This document shows positions 19,929 to 30,364 of a stretch of 64,000 bases of DNA, piece after piece (within the stretch, counting starts at the first letter, position 1; every line of letters begins with the position of its first letter). The DNA lies in the NCBI GenBank assembly GCA_965247115.1, contig CBDFGR010000003.1:1536001-1600000 (forward strand), given 5' to 3'. The position numbers and the translations under genes were made by a program. The notes beneath the pieces are model-generated. The model was not told where the DNA came from. It did no database searches and was given only the letters and a program-made list of their open reading frames with translations. This DNA comes from Myxococcota bacterium (GTDB lineage Bacteria > Myxococcota_A > UBA9160 > SZUA-336).

Positions 19929-21826
19929 GGCAGGAGCAGTTCCTCGACGTTCTGGACCGCGACGAGGCAGAGCAGCGCTGGCATCGGGAGCTTTCACTCG
20001 GCGTCCTCGGGACGGAGGCGGTCGCGCTCGACGCAGCCCTCGGGCGGGTGTTGGCCGTGGACGTTCGGGCCGAGGTCGACGTGCCCTCCTTCGATCGCTC
20101 GAACATGGACGGGTATGCCGTTCGCGCCGTGGACACCTATGGCGCGACCGAGAGCGAGCCCGTTCGGCTCCGGCTCAACGCCGAGTCGATCCCGACCGGT
20201 GTCAGGCCGAAGCAGGAGGTGCGCGAGCGGACGGCCACGCCCATCGCCACGGGCGGGATGCTGCCACGCGGCGCGGACGCGGTGGTCCCGGTCGAGCTCA
20301 CGGATGTGGAGGAAGCAGAGCAGACCTTGATCGTTCGCGCGTCCCGCGTGCCCGGGGCGGCGCTCTCCTACGCCGGAACGGACATAGGCAGCGGCGAGAC
20401 CGTACTGTTTCGCGGCTCGCGACTCTCGTCACGCGAGACCGGAGTGCTGGCGGCGATCGGCGCGGCCTCGGTAGAGGTGGTGCGGCGACCGCGCGTGGCC
20501 GTGATCTCGACGGGAGACGAGATCATCGCCCCTGGCGGCGCCATGCGGCCGGGGCTTGTTTACGACTCGAACGGCCGCATCCTCTCCGATGCCGTGCGCG
20601 AGCTCGGGGGCGAGCCCGTCTTCTTCGGGTCCTTCCGAGACGACGTCCGGGCACTGCGAGCCGCCCTGGAGCGGGGGACGGCGGAGTGCGACGTCGTGCT
20701 GCTGTCGGGTGGCACCTCCAAGGGAGAGGGGGATCTGTGCTACCACGTCGTCTCCGAGCTCGATCCCGGAATCATCGTGCACGGGGTCGCGCTCAAGCCC
20801 GGCAAGCCGATCTGCCTCGCAGCCCAGCGGGGCAGCCCCATCGTCATCCTGCCGGGCTTCCCCACCTCGGCGATCTTCACCTTTCACGAATTCGTCGCTC
20901 CGGTAATTCGTGCGCTTGCAGGTCTGCCCGCCGAGCGCAGGGAGACGCGTCGCGTGCGTCTCGCCGCTCCCGTCAACAGCGAGCGCGGCCGTCTTGAATA
21001 CCTGCTGGTGGGCCTGGTCCGCTCGCCCGCTGCGGGACTCTCCGCGTATCCGATGGGGAAGGGCAGTGGCAGCGTCACGTCCTTCAGTCGCGCAGATGGG
21101 TTCGTGCGGATCGCGCGCACGACGGAGATCGTGGAGGCGGGGGCAGAGGTCGAGGTCACGCTCCTGGGCGAGTCGATCGAGCCGGCGGACCTCGTCGTGA
21201 TCGGAAGTCACTGCATCGGGCTCGACCTGATCGCGGCTCGGCTTGGCCGCGAAGGACTCTCGCTAAAGGTGCTCGCGGTCGGCAGCCAGGCCGGACTCCA
21301 GGCCGCGAGTCGTGGCGAGTGCGATGTAGCCCCCATCCACCTGCTGGACCCGGAGACGGGCGAATACAACACACCCTTCCTCGATTCGGGGCTCGAGCTT
21401 GTCCCCGGCTACACGCGCATGCAGGGCGTGGTCACCCGGCCAGAGGAATCCCGCTCCATCGAGGATCTGCTCTCCGACACCTCGTTGCGGATGGTCAACC
21501 GCAATCGCGGCAGCGGCACACGCATCCTGATCGACCAGCTTCTTGGCGAGCGCCGCCCGGAGGGCTACGCCTACGAGCCACGCTCCCACTATGCGGTCGC
21601 CGCCGCGGTCACACAAGAACGCGCGGACTGGGGCGTCACGATCGAATCCGTCGCCCGCGACGCGGCCCTACGCTTCCGCAAGCTGCGCGAGGAGCACTAC
21701 GACTTCGCAGTACCCAGCGCCCGCTCGGAGCGCCCCGAGGTCCAACTCTTCCGCCGCCTACTCGAATCCGACCCAGAGCTACGCCAACAACTCGCAGCGA
21801 AAGGCTTCGGCGAGCGAGCCCCCTGA
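19925..21826 (+). CDS. moeA: MoeA fused to a C-terminal periplasmic-binding-protein-like domain
   Basis: FDRSNMDGYAV, SGGTSKGEGD and LPGFPTSA, followed by GSHCIGLD, NRNRGSGTR and EEHYDF. GTGA overlap with the preceding gene. Confidence 0.9.
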   Translation: MRQEQFLDVLDRDEAEQRWHRELSLGVLGTEAVALDAALGRVLAVDVRAEVDVPSFDRSNMDGYAVRAVDTYGATESEPVRLRLNAESIPTGVRPKQEVRERTATPIATGGMLPRGADAVVPVELTDVEEAEQTLIVRASRVPGAALSYAGTDIGSGETVLFRGSRLSSRETGVLAAIGAASVEVVRRPRVAVISTGDEIIAPGGAMRPGLVYDSNGRILSDAVRELGGEPVFFGSFRDDVRALRAALERGTAECDVVLLSGGTSKGEGDLCYHVVSELDPGIIVHGVALKPGKPICLAAQRGSPIVILPGFPTSAIFTFHEFVAPVIRALAGLPAERRETRRVRLAAPVNSERGRLEYLLVGLVRSPAAGLSAYPMGKGSGSVTSFSRADGFVRIARTTEIVEAGAEVEVTLLGESIEPADLVVIGSHCIGLDLIAARLGREGLSLKVLAVGSQAGLQAASRGECDVAPIHLLDPETGEYNTPFLDSGLELVPGYTRMQGVVTRPEESRSIEDLLSDTSLRMVNRNRGSGTRILIDQLLGERRPEGYAYEPRSHYAVAAAVTQERADWGVTIESVARDAALRFRKLREEHYDFAVPSARSERPEVQLFRRLLESDPELRQQLAAKGFGERAP

Positions 21827-21900
21827 ACACGCAAGGAGCGGAGCGGAGTCCTCCGGGGGACGTTCCCGGCCTCCGCCGGCGTTAGCTCAGAACGCGAACC

Positions 21901-22212
21901 CTAGAACCCGAGGTCCAGCTTCGCGGCCTCCGACATCATGCTGGGTTCCCAGGGTGGTTCCCAGGTGAGGTCGACGTGGGCGTGGGCCACGCCCGGGACT
22001 CCCGAGACCTTCTGCTCGACCTCCGGGGGCAGGCTCTCCGCCACCGGGCACATGGGAGAGGTCAAGGTCATCGTGACCTTTGCGAAGTTCTCGTCGCTCA
22101 CCTCGACATCGTAGATCAGCCCCAGCTCGTAGATGTCGACCGGAATTTCCGGGTCGTAACAAGTTTTGAGGGCTTCGATGATCTTCTCTTTGAGCTCTTC
22201 AGGCGACGACAT
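21901..22212 (-). CDS. sufT: Fe-S cluster assembly protein SufT (DUF59)
   Basis: YDPEIPVDIYELGLIY, MTLTSPMCP and WEPPW. Confidence 0.9.
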   Translation of the reverse strand: MSSPEELKEKIIEALKTCYDPEIPVDIYELGLIYDVEVSDENFAKVTMTLTSPMCPVAESLPPEVEQKVSGVPGVAHAHVDLTWEPPWEPSMMSEAAKLDLGF

Positions 22213-22230
22213 GTTCTCTCCATGAACGCG

Positions 22231-22683
22231 TCACTCGGTAGTGACGTCTTCCTGATTGCCACGGATTGCGGCCTGCAACGTATGCCAGGCGAGACTCGCG
22301 CACTTCACGCGGATGGGGAACTCGCGTACCCCCGCCAGCACCGCGAGCTTCCCGAGCTCGGCCAGGTCGACTTCCTCGTCCGCGGCGCTGGTCACGACTT
22401 TGTGGAACTTCTCGAAGAGTGACTGCGCTTCGGTCGTGGTCTTGCCCTCGATCACCTGGGTCATCAGCGATGCGGAGGCCGTCGATATCGAGCAGCCGGA
22501 TCCCTCGAAGCGCAGCTTGTTCACGCGGTCGTCGTCGATCTCGAGCGTCAGCGCGAGATGATCGCCGCACAGGGGGTTGTGGCCCTCCGCCTTGTGGCTC
22601 GGCTGCTCCAGTCGGCCGAAGTTCCGAGGGTTCTTCGTGTGATCGAGGATGACCTGCTGGTAGAGCTCGCGAAGATCTGCCAT
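22231..22683 (-). CDS. sufU: SUF-system SufU (IscU/NifU-like) protein
   Basis: LRELYQQVILDH, NPLCGD, GSGCSISTASAS and RVKCASLAWH. ATG 22683 overlaps the sufS stop. Confidence 0.93.
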   Translation of the reverse strand: MADLRELYQQVILDHTKNPRNFGRLEQPSHKAEGHNPLCGDHLALTLEIDDDRVNKLRFEGSGCSISTASASLMTQVIEGKTTTEAQSLFEKFHKVVTSAADEEVDLAELGKLAVLAGVREFPIRVKCASLAWHTLQAAIRGNQEDVTTE

Positions 22684-23906
22684 CAGGCAAAGATCTCCAG
22701 CACGCGCTTCAACCCGCTTACGAGCCCATCGATCTCTGCCCGCGTGTTGTACGCTGCGAACGAGACCCGAGTCGTGGCTGGGACGCCGTAGTGCTGCATG
22801 AGGGGCTGCGCACAGTGGTGCCCGGCCCGCACGGCGATGCCCTCCTGGTCCAGGATCGTACCGACGTCGTGGGCGTGCACGTCGCCGATGTTGAAGGAGA
22901 GCACCCCGACGCGCTCTCGCGCATGGCCGACGATGCGGACCTGCGGAAGCTCCGCGATGGCTTCGGTGGCCAGCTCGAGCAGCTCCGCTTCGTGCGCGCC
23001 CAGCGCCTCGATGTCGAGCTGCGTGAGCCAGTCGATCGCGACACCGAGCACGATGGCACCGGAGATGTCGGGCGTCCCCGCTTCGAACATGGCCGGCACC
23101 CGGTTGTAGGTCGTCTTCTCGAAGCTGACCGTCCGGATCATCGACCCGCCCGTCTCGTAGGGCGGCATGTCCTCCAAGAGATCCATGCGTCCCCAGAGTG
23201 CGCCCGCGCCAGTCGGGCCGTACATCTTGTGCCCGGAGAAGGCGTAGAAGTCGCAGCCGAGCTCCGTCACGTCGACGGGCACGTGGGGCACCGCCTGTGC
23301 GCCGTCGACAACAACCACCGCACCATGTTCGTGCGCGAGCTGCACGAGCTCTGCCACCGGGTTCAGCGTGCCGATCGCGTTCGACACGTGGGCCAGCGCC
23401 ACGAGGCGGGTCCGGGAGGTGAGGCGTTTCTCGTACTCCTCTACGATCAGCTCTCCCGCGTCGTTCATCGGTGCTACGACGAGGCGCGCCCCCGTCTGCT
23501 CGCAGACCACCTGCCACGGGATGATGTTCGAGTGGTGCTCCATCTCGCTGACGAGGATCTCGTCACCCGGACCGAACTTTGGACGCGCGTATGCCTGCGC
23601 GACCAGGTTGATGGCCTCGGTGGTGCCGCGCACGAAGATGACCTCGTGCTCGGAGGGCGCCTTCAAGAAGTCGCGAACCTTGGCGCGGGCGGCCTCGTAG
23701 GCGGCCGTCGCCTCCTCGGAGAGCGTGTGGACGCCTCGGTGGATGTTCGAGTGGTAACGGCTGTAGTAGTCCGTGATGGCATCGATCACTGCGCGCGGTT
23801 TCTGACTCGAGGCCGCGTTGTCCAGGTAGACCAGCGGCTTCCCGTGGACCTTCCGCTCGAGGATCGGGAACTCGGCTCGCACCTTCTCCACGTCGAAGGA
23901 GCCCAC
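22683..23906 (-). CDS. sufS: Cysteine desulfurase SufS
   Basis: YLDNAASSQKP, EHHSN, SGHKMYGPTG and VRAGHHCAQP. Confidence 0.95.
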   Translation of the reverse strand: MGSFDVEKVRAEFPILERKVHGKPLVYLDNAASSQKPRAVIDAITDYYSRYHSNIHRGVHTLSEEATAAYEAARAKVRDFLKAPSEHEVIFVRGTTEAINLVAQAYARPKFGPGDEILVSEMEHHSNIIPWQVVCEQTGARLVVAPMNDAGELIVEEYEKRLTSRTRLVALAHVSNAIGTLNPVAELVQLAHEHGAVVVVDGAQAVPHVPVDVTELGCDFYAFSGHKMYGPTGAGALWGRMDLLEDMPPYETGGSMIRTVSFEKTTYNRVPAMFEAGTPDISGAIVLGVAIDWLTQLDIEALGAHEAELLELATEAIAELPQVRIVGHARERVGVLSFNIGDVHAHDVGTILDQEGIAVRAGHHCAQPLMQHYGVPATTRVSFAAYNTRAEIDGLVSGLKRVLEIFA

Positions 23907-25207
23907 TAGACCGCCTCTCCCCCCACCCAGCCGTGCAGGTACTCGTCGAGGCGTGCGCGGAGCTCCGCCAGGGGCAGCTGTGAGATCACCTCGCCCGCGA
24001 ACGCCAGCGTGAGCAGCGCGCGGGCCTCCTCGAAGCCGATGCCGCGGGTCTGCAGGTAGAAGAGCTGGTCGCGGTCGAGCTGACCGACGCTGGCGCCGTG
24101 GCTGCACTTGACGTCGTCGGCCCAGATCTCGAGCTGGGGCTTGGTGTTGATCTCCGCCTGGCTCGAGAGCAACAGAGTGCGGTTCGTCTGGTTGGCATCG
24201 ATCTTCTGCGCGTCGGGACGCACGTGGATCCGACCGTGGAACACGCCTCGGGCCCGGTCGTTCAGGATTCCCTTGTACAGCTCCCGGCTCGTCGTGCGCG
24301 GTGTGGCGTGATCGATCGTGGTGTGGTGATCCACGTGCTGTCGGCCGCGTGCGAGGTACGCGCCGAGCAGGTCACTGTGTGCGCCCTCGCCTTCGAGCAG
24401 GCAGTGGATATCCACCCTCGAGAGCCGCGCGCCGGTCGCGATCGAGAAGGAACGTAGCTCGCTGCCCCGCTCCTGGCGCACGGCGACCTGCCCGATGTGA
24501 AACGACGCCGCTGCCTGCTCCTGGAGCAAGATGTGTTCGACGCGCGCATCGCGCCCGAGCATGATCTCCGTAACGGCGTTCGTCAGGCCGCCACCGGGCC
24601 CCGCGCCGAGGTAGTGCTCCAGAACGCTGACGCGGCCGCCGTCTTCGACGCGGATCACGTTCCGAGGATGCACGGCGCGTGGCGAGCCCTCGGGCTCCAC
24701 GAAGACCAGCTGGATCGGCTTCTCGAGGCTCCGCCCCGCTTCGATGACAATGCTGGCTCCATCCGCGAAGAGCGCACTGTTCAACGCCGTGAGCGAGCGG
24801 GACTTCTGCTCCGCGCAGCTACCGAGCCCGGCTGCCAGCCGCTCCGGCTCGAAAGCGAGGGCCGCCGCCAGCGACGAGACATGGACCCCCTCGGGGAGCT
24901 CGCCCGGCGTGGATGCCTCCGGCGAAAACACCCCTCCGTGAAAGACCAGTCGCTCCGCATCCGCCGAGAGGCCCAGGTCCTCGGGCACGGGAGCGGCTAG
25001 CTGCGGCGAGCCAGGCAGGGACGAGAGCTCGGTCTGTGCGAGCCCGCGTAGGTCCGTGAAGCGCCAGTTCTCGTCGCTCGTCGTCGGAAGGCCGCGCTCC
25101 CGGAACAGATCGCGCCCCTCGCGGCGCAGCTCCTGCAGCCACCCGAGCTCCTGCCCCGGTAGCTCCGGGTCGACGGCCGCCAGCAGCGTGTTCGCGAGCT
25201 CCTTCAC
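23906..25207 (-). CDS. sufD: Fe-S cluster assembly protein SufD
   Basis: ENWRFT, YKGIL, KPQLEIWADDVKCSHGA and LFYLQTRGI. Confidence 0.93.
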   Translation of the reverse strand: MKELANTLLAAVDPELPGQELGWLQELRREGRDLFRERGLPTTSDENWRFTDLRGLAQTELSSLPGSPQLAAPVPEDLGLSADAERLVFHGGVFSPEASTPGELPEGVHVSSLAAALAFEPERLAAGLGSCAEQKSRSLTALNSALFADGASIVIEAGRSLEKPIQLVFVEPEGSPRAVHPRNVIRVEDGGRVSVLEHYLGAGPGGGLTNAVTEIMLGRDARVEHILLQEQAAASFHIGQVAVRQERGSELRSFSIATGARLSRVDIHCLLEGEGAHSDLLGAYLARGRQHVDHHTTIDHATPRTTSRELYKGILNDRARGVFHGRIHVRPDAQKIDANQTNRTLLLSSQAEINTKPQLEIWADDVKCSHGASVGQLDRDQLFYLQTRGIGFEEARALLTLAFAGEVISQLPLAELRARLDEYLHGWVGGEAV

Positions 25208-25971
25208 TCGCCGGCCCCGGCACCTGCGAGCTCCTGCTCGATCCAGCCGTAGCCATGCTCCTCGAGCTGGAGCGCGAGGGAGCGGTCTCCCGATCGGACG
25301 ATGCGTCCGTCCATCAGGACGTGCGTGAAGTCAGGCACAAGGTACTCGAGCAGGCGCTGGTAGTGCGTGATTGCGAGCACGGATCGGGTCTCGGAGCGCA
25401 GCGCGTTCACGCCGTCCGCCACGATGCGCAGCGCGTCGATGTCGAGGCCGGAGTCCGTCTCGTCGAGCACCGCCATATCGGGCTCCAGGATCGCCATCTG
25501 CAGGATCTCGTTTCGCTTCTTCTCCCCGCCGGAGAAGCCCTCGTTCACCGAGCGGTTGAGGAGCTCCTGGTCCATCTGGAGGAGCCCGACCTTCTCGCGA
25601 ACGAGCGCGAGAAAGTCGATCGCGTCGAGCAGCTCCTCTCCCCGGTGCTGACGGATCGCGTTCAACGAGGCCTTCATGAAGTAGGAATTGCTGACGCCGG
25701 GGATCTCGACGGGGTACTGAAAGGCGATGAACAGGCCCTCGCGCGCCCGCTCCTCTGGAGAGAGCTCCGCAATGTTCTTTCCCCGATAGAGAATCTCACC
25801 CTTGGTCACGACGTACTCTTCGCGTCCCGCGAGGACGTACGCGAGCGTGCTCTTGCCAGAGCCGTTCGGGCCCATGACGGCATGCACCTCGCCGGCCCGG
25901 ACATGCAGGTCGATCCCTCTCAGGATCTCGTTGCCTCCGACGGAGGCGTGCAGATTTCGGATCTCGAGCAA
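25204..25971 (-). CDS. sufC: Fe-S cluster assembly ATPase SufC
   Basis: GPNGSGKST, FQYPVEIPGV, GFSGGEKKRNE and LDETDSGLDIDAL. TTG 25971 follows GGAGGA. Confidence 0.95.
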   Translation of the reverse strand: MLEIRNLHASVGGNEILRGIDLHVRAGEVHAVMGPNGSGKSTLAYVLAGREEYVVTKGEILYRGKNIAELSPEERAREGLFIAFQYPVEIPGVSNSYFMKASLNAIRQHRGEELLDAIDFLALVREKVGLLQMDQELLNRSVNEGFSGGEKKRNEILQMAILEPDMAVLDETDSGLDIDALRIVADGVNALRSETRSVLAITHYQRLLEYLVPDFTHVLMDGRIVRSGDRSLALQLEEHGYGWIEQELAGAGAGE

Positions 25972-25988
25972 CTCGCGTTCCTCCGGAG

Positions 25989-27437
<1,449 letters not shown>

Positions 27438-27468
27438 CTCGGTTCTCGCAGTGTCCGCAGTGGGTCTG

Positions 27469-27948
27469 TCAGCTCGGCACCGATGCCGATGTTGCCGGCG
27501 GCTCCGCGCCCTTCAGCCAGACGACCATGGAGTGCTCGTCCCGCCGCAGATCGGCCAGCGTCACGTTCTCGAGCACGCCGCGCACACTGCTCTCGACCAC
27601 GCTCCAGAGGCCGCGGATGGAGCAGCCGGTGCTGTGCACACAGCTCCGCAGCTGCCCGGGGTGCGCGTCGCAGAACTCGACCGGGAAAAAGGAGCCGCCG
27701 AGGGCCTTGATGACCTGCCAGGCGTTGATCTCCCCCGGGGACTTCGCGAGCTGATAGCCGCCGCTGGCCCCACGCGTGCTCGTCACGAGCCCGGCCCGGC
27801 GCAGCGCGCGCATCAGCTTAGCGCTGTACTCCGGGCTCAGGCCCTCGCGTGCCGCGATCGTGGGAATCGTGAGGGGCTCGCCGGCCGGGTGCTGCGCGAC
27901 CTGGAGGAGACAGCGAAAGCCGTATTCTTCCTGTGCGGTGAGATGCAT
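27469..27948 (-). CDS. Rrf2-family (IscR-like) transcriptional regulator heading the suf operon
   Basis: Winged helix with [11 protein letters not shown] and three C-terminal Cys (FCDAH...SCVHSTGC). Confidence 0.88.
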   Translation of the reverse strand: MHLTAQEEYGFRCLLQVAQHPAGEPLTIPTIAAREGLSPEYSAKLMRALRRAGLVTSTRGASGGYQLAKSPGEINAWQVIKALGGSFFPVEFCDAHPGQLRSCVHSTGCSIRGLWSVVESSVRGVLENVTLADLRRDEHSMVVWLKGAEPPATSASVPS

Positions 27949-27962
27949 GGCGCCGATCCTAG

Positions 27963-28039
27963 TAAACTGTACGAACTAGTCAAGATTGCTTCTTCGAGAG
28001 GCAGCAGCACACTGTCAAGCGACTGATTTTGTTGGGCAA
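27963..28039. promoter_or_regulatory. Two candidate Rrf2/IscR-type operator sites in the divergent promoter
   Basis: AT-rich island. Minus-strand AATCTTGACTAGTTC (within 27963-27987) and TTGCCCAACAAAATCAGTCGCTTGA (28015-28039) resemble the IscR type-1 motif (..YYGACTRWWWYAGTCRR..). A TTGACA overlaps the second site. Confidence 0.4.
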
Positions 28040-28108
28040 TTGCGCCGTCGGTAGGGGGCCTGACCGAGGCTCTCGCGAGGATCAGCCCGGAGTGTATAGT
28101 CGCGGCCC

Positions 28109-28747
28109 GTGCCTGCTCTCACCGCTTGCCTGAGTGGCCTCGTCTTCGGCGCCCTGCACGTACTCAGCGGGCCTGATCACCTGGCGGCCCTGGCCCCCTT
28201 TTCTGTCGAGGCGCGCCGCAGGGCCTGGACCCTCGGGCTGCGCTGGGGGCTCGGGCACTCGGCCGGGATCGTGGGGGTCGGGATCATCGCCTACCTGATT
28301 CAGGATCGGCTCGACTTCGAGCTCCTGGCCGGACTCGGGAGATACGGGGTGGGCGCGATCTTGATCGTCATCGGATTGTGGGGTTTTACGCATGTACGCG
28401 GGCTGGAGATCGGGGTCGAGGTGCTGGGAGCCGACGATCGCCACCTTCACACTACCGCCGCCCTGCTCGTTGGCAGCGTCCACGGTGTGGCGGGTACGGG
28501 CTACCTGCTCGGCGTGTTGCCCCTGCTCTCCATGCCCGGCTGGGTCGAGGCCAGTGCCTTTCTCACGGGCTTCGCAGCCGGGACGATCCTGGCCATGGTC
28601 CTGTTCAGCTCCGTGCTCGGCTTTCTCGCGCAGGGAACAGGACATGTCGCTATTCGCACGTATCGGCGCGTGTTCGCCGCAGCCTCGGCGGCGGCGCTTG
28701 TCGTTGGGATCGTGTGGATTGTCTTGCCCCTGTTGACCGGGGAATGA
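28109..28747 (+). CDS. Ni/Co permease-like membrane protein (UreH/NicO-type)
   Basis: LHVLSGPDHLAAL, WGLGHS and GSVHGVAG; about six transmembrane segments. Confidence 0.7.
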   Translation: MPALTACLSGLVFGALHVLSGPDHLAALAPFSVEARRRAWTLGLRWGLGHSAGIVGVGIIAYLIQDRLDFELLAGLGRYGVGAILIVIGLWGFTHVRGLEIGVEVLGADDRHLHTTAALLVGSVHGVAGTGYLLGVLPLLSMPGWVEASAFLTGFAAGTILAMVLFSSVLGFLAQGTGHVAIRTYRRVFAAASAAALVVGIVWIVLPLLTGE

Positions 28748-28796
28748 GCAGCTCGCTCCTACCGCTCTGGCCGAGTCCGGCTGATAGACTGCGGAC

Positions 28797-30362
28797 GTGA
28801 CCCGCGTGCCCCCCTTCTCGCTCAAGGACACGGACGGCGAGAGCCGCACTTTTCCTGGCGATCGTCCGTCGGTACTCTGCTTTCTGCTCCAGGATTGTCC
28901 GACCTGCGAGCTCAGCCTTCCTGTGATCGAGGCGGCGCACGCGGAATTCGGTACGCAGGTCGACGTCTGGATCGTCGCCCAGGACGAGGACGGGGGCGTC
29001 AAGCTGCGCGAGGGTCATGGGCTGTCCACGCCCGTGCTCGACGACTCCGAGTTGGGGGTCTCTTTCGAGGCGGGAGTCGAGACGGTACCGAGCATCGTTT
29101 CCTTCCGGCCGGGTGGTGACGAGCTTCGGCGCTTCGTCGGTTTTGCGGTGGAGGACTGGAAGCGTCTCTTCTCGGATGCGGAGACGTTGACCGGGCTCGA
29201 CGCGACCGCGCCCAGCTGGTCGAGCTTCCCCGATCTGCGGCCCGGCTGTGGATCTCGCACGGGTGAGCCTGGCATTGCGGAGCGCCTCGCGGCACGGGCA
29301 GAGGGCAGCCCGCTCCGCGCGCGCCAGATCGACATGGGAAGCTCCGTCGACCCGATCGAGTTCATGTTCGAGCAGGGCTTGAGCGACGGTCTCCCCGTCG
29401 TCCCGCCAACGACGGAGCGGGTTCTTCGCATGCTCGAGGGCACCGTGCGTGATCCTCAGGAGGTCGTTGCGGCGGTCGCACCGAACTACGCGCCCGTGAC
29501 CGTCGAGAAGGTGGCGATCAACGCCGTTCTGGCGGGCTGCCGCCCGGAGTATCTCCCCGTGGTGCTTGCGGGAGTGGAGGCGGTTTGCACGCCGGAGTTC
29601 AACGTGCACGGGGTGCTCGCGACCACCTTCGTTGCGGCGCCCGTGCTGCTCGTGAACGGACCGATCCGCCAGCGCATCGGGATGAACTCCGGTCTCAATT
29701 GCCTCGGTCAGGGAAGCCGGGCGAACTCCACGATCGGCCGTGCAGTGCAGCTGGTGATCCGAAACGTGGGAGGCGGGCGCCCCGGAGAGATCGACCGGGC
29801 CACGCTCGGACAGCCAGGAAAGCTCGGCATGTGCTTCGCCGAGAACGAGGAGCGCAGCGAGTGGGAGCCCTTCCACGTCGAACGGGGCTTCGCCGCGGAG
29901 ACCAGCACGATCACAGCCTTCGCCGGGGGTGCACCCGCCAGCTTCATGGATCAGCTCGCTCGAGACGCGCGGTCGCTCGCGAGCACCTACGGTCTCGCGC
30001 TGGCCGCGGCTGGTCATCCGAAGCACTACTTCTACGGAGACGTCCTTGTCGTCGTGTCGCCGGAGCACGTCGACACCTTTGCGCGAGATGGCTGGACGAA
30101 GGCGCAGGTGCGCGAGCAGATCCAGCGAGCGAGTGAGCGGCCCGTGGGCGAGCTGGCGCGCGGAGGCGCTTCTGCCGAGGGGCTGCCCGAAGCCGTCGTG
30201 GACCGGCTCGGGGCCGACAAGCGCCTGTCCAAGTTCCGCTCGGACGACAGCATCTCCCTCGTCGTAGCGGGGGGCGAAGCGGGGAAGTTCGGCGCATATT
30301 TCCAGGGCTGGGTATCCGGCCCAATGGGATCCATCATGACGACTCGAGAGATAGGAGAGTGA
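28797..30362 (+). CDS. Redoxin (TlpA/AhpC-like, CPTC) domain fused to an uncharacterised DGLPVVPPT-family domain
   Basis: N-terminal PPFSLKDTDG...DCPTC...ETVPS thioredoxin fold; linker RPGCGS; then SDGLPVVPPT, TVEKVAINAVLAGC, RANSTIGRA, CFAENEE and VVAGG. Confidence 0.8.
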   Translation: MTRVPPFSLKDTDGESRTFPGDRPSVLCFLLQDCPTCELSLPVIEAAHAEFGTQVDVWIVAQDEDGGVKLREGHGLSTPVLDDSELGVSFEAGVETVPSIVSFRPGGDELRRFVGFAVEDWKRLFSDAETLTGLDATAPSWSSFPDLRPGCGSRTGEPGIAERLAARAEGSPLRARQIDMGSSVDPIEFMFEQGLSDGLPVVPPTTERVLRMLEGTVRDPQEVVAAVAPNYAPVTVEKVAINAVLAGCRPEYLPVVLAGVEAVCTPEFNVHGVLATTFVAAPVLLVNGPIRQRIGMNSGLNCLGQGSRANSTIGRAVQLVIRNVGGGRPGEIDRATLGQPGKLGMCFAENEERSEWEPFHVERGFAAETSTITAFAGGAPASFMDQLARDARSLASTYGLALAAAGHPKHYFYGDVLVVVSPEHVDTFARDGWTKAQVREQIQRASERPVGELARGGASAEGLPEAVVDRLGADKRLSKFRSDDSISLVVAGGEAGKFGAYFQGWVSGPMGSIMTTREIGE

Positions 30363-30364
30363 GG

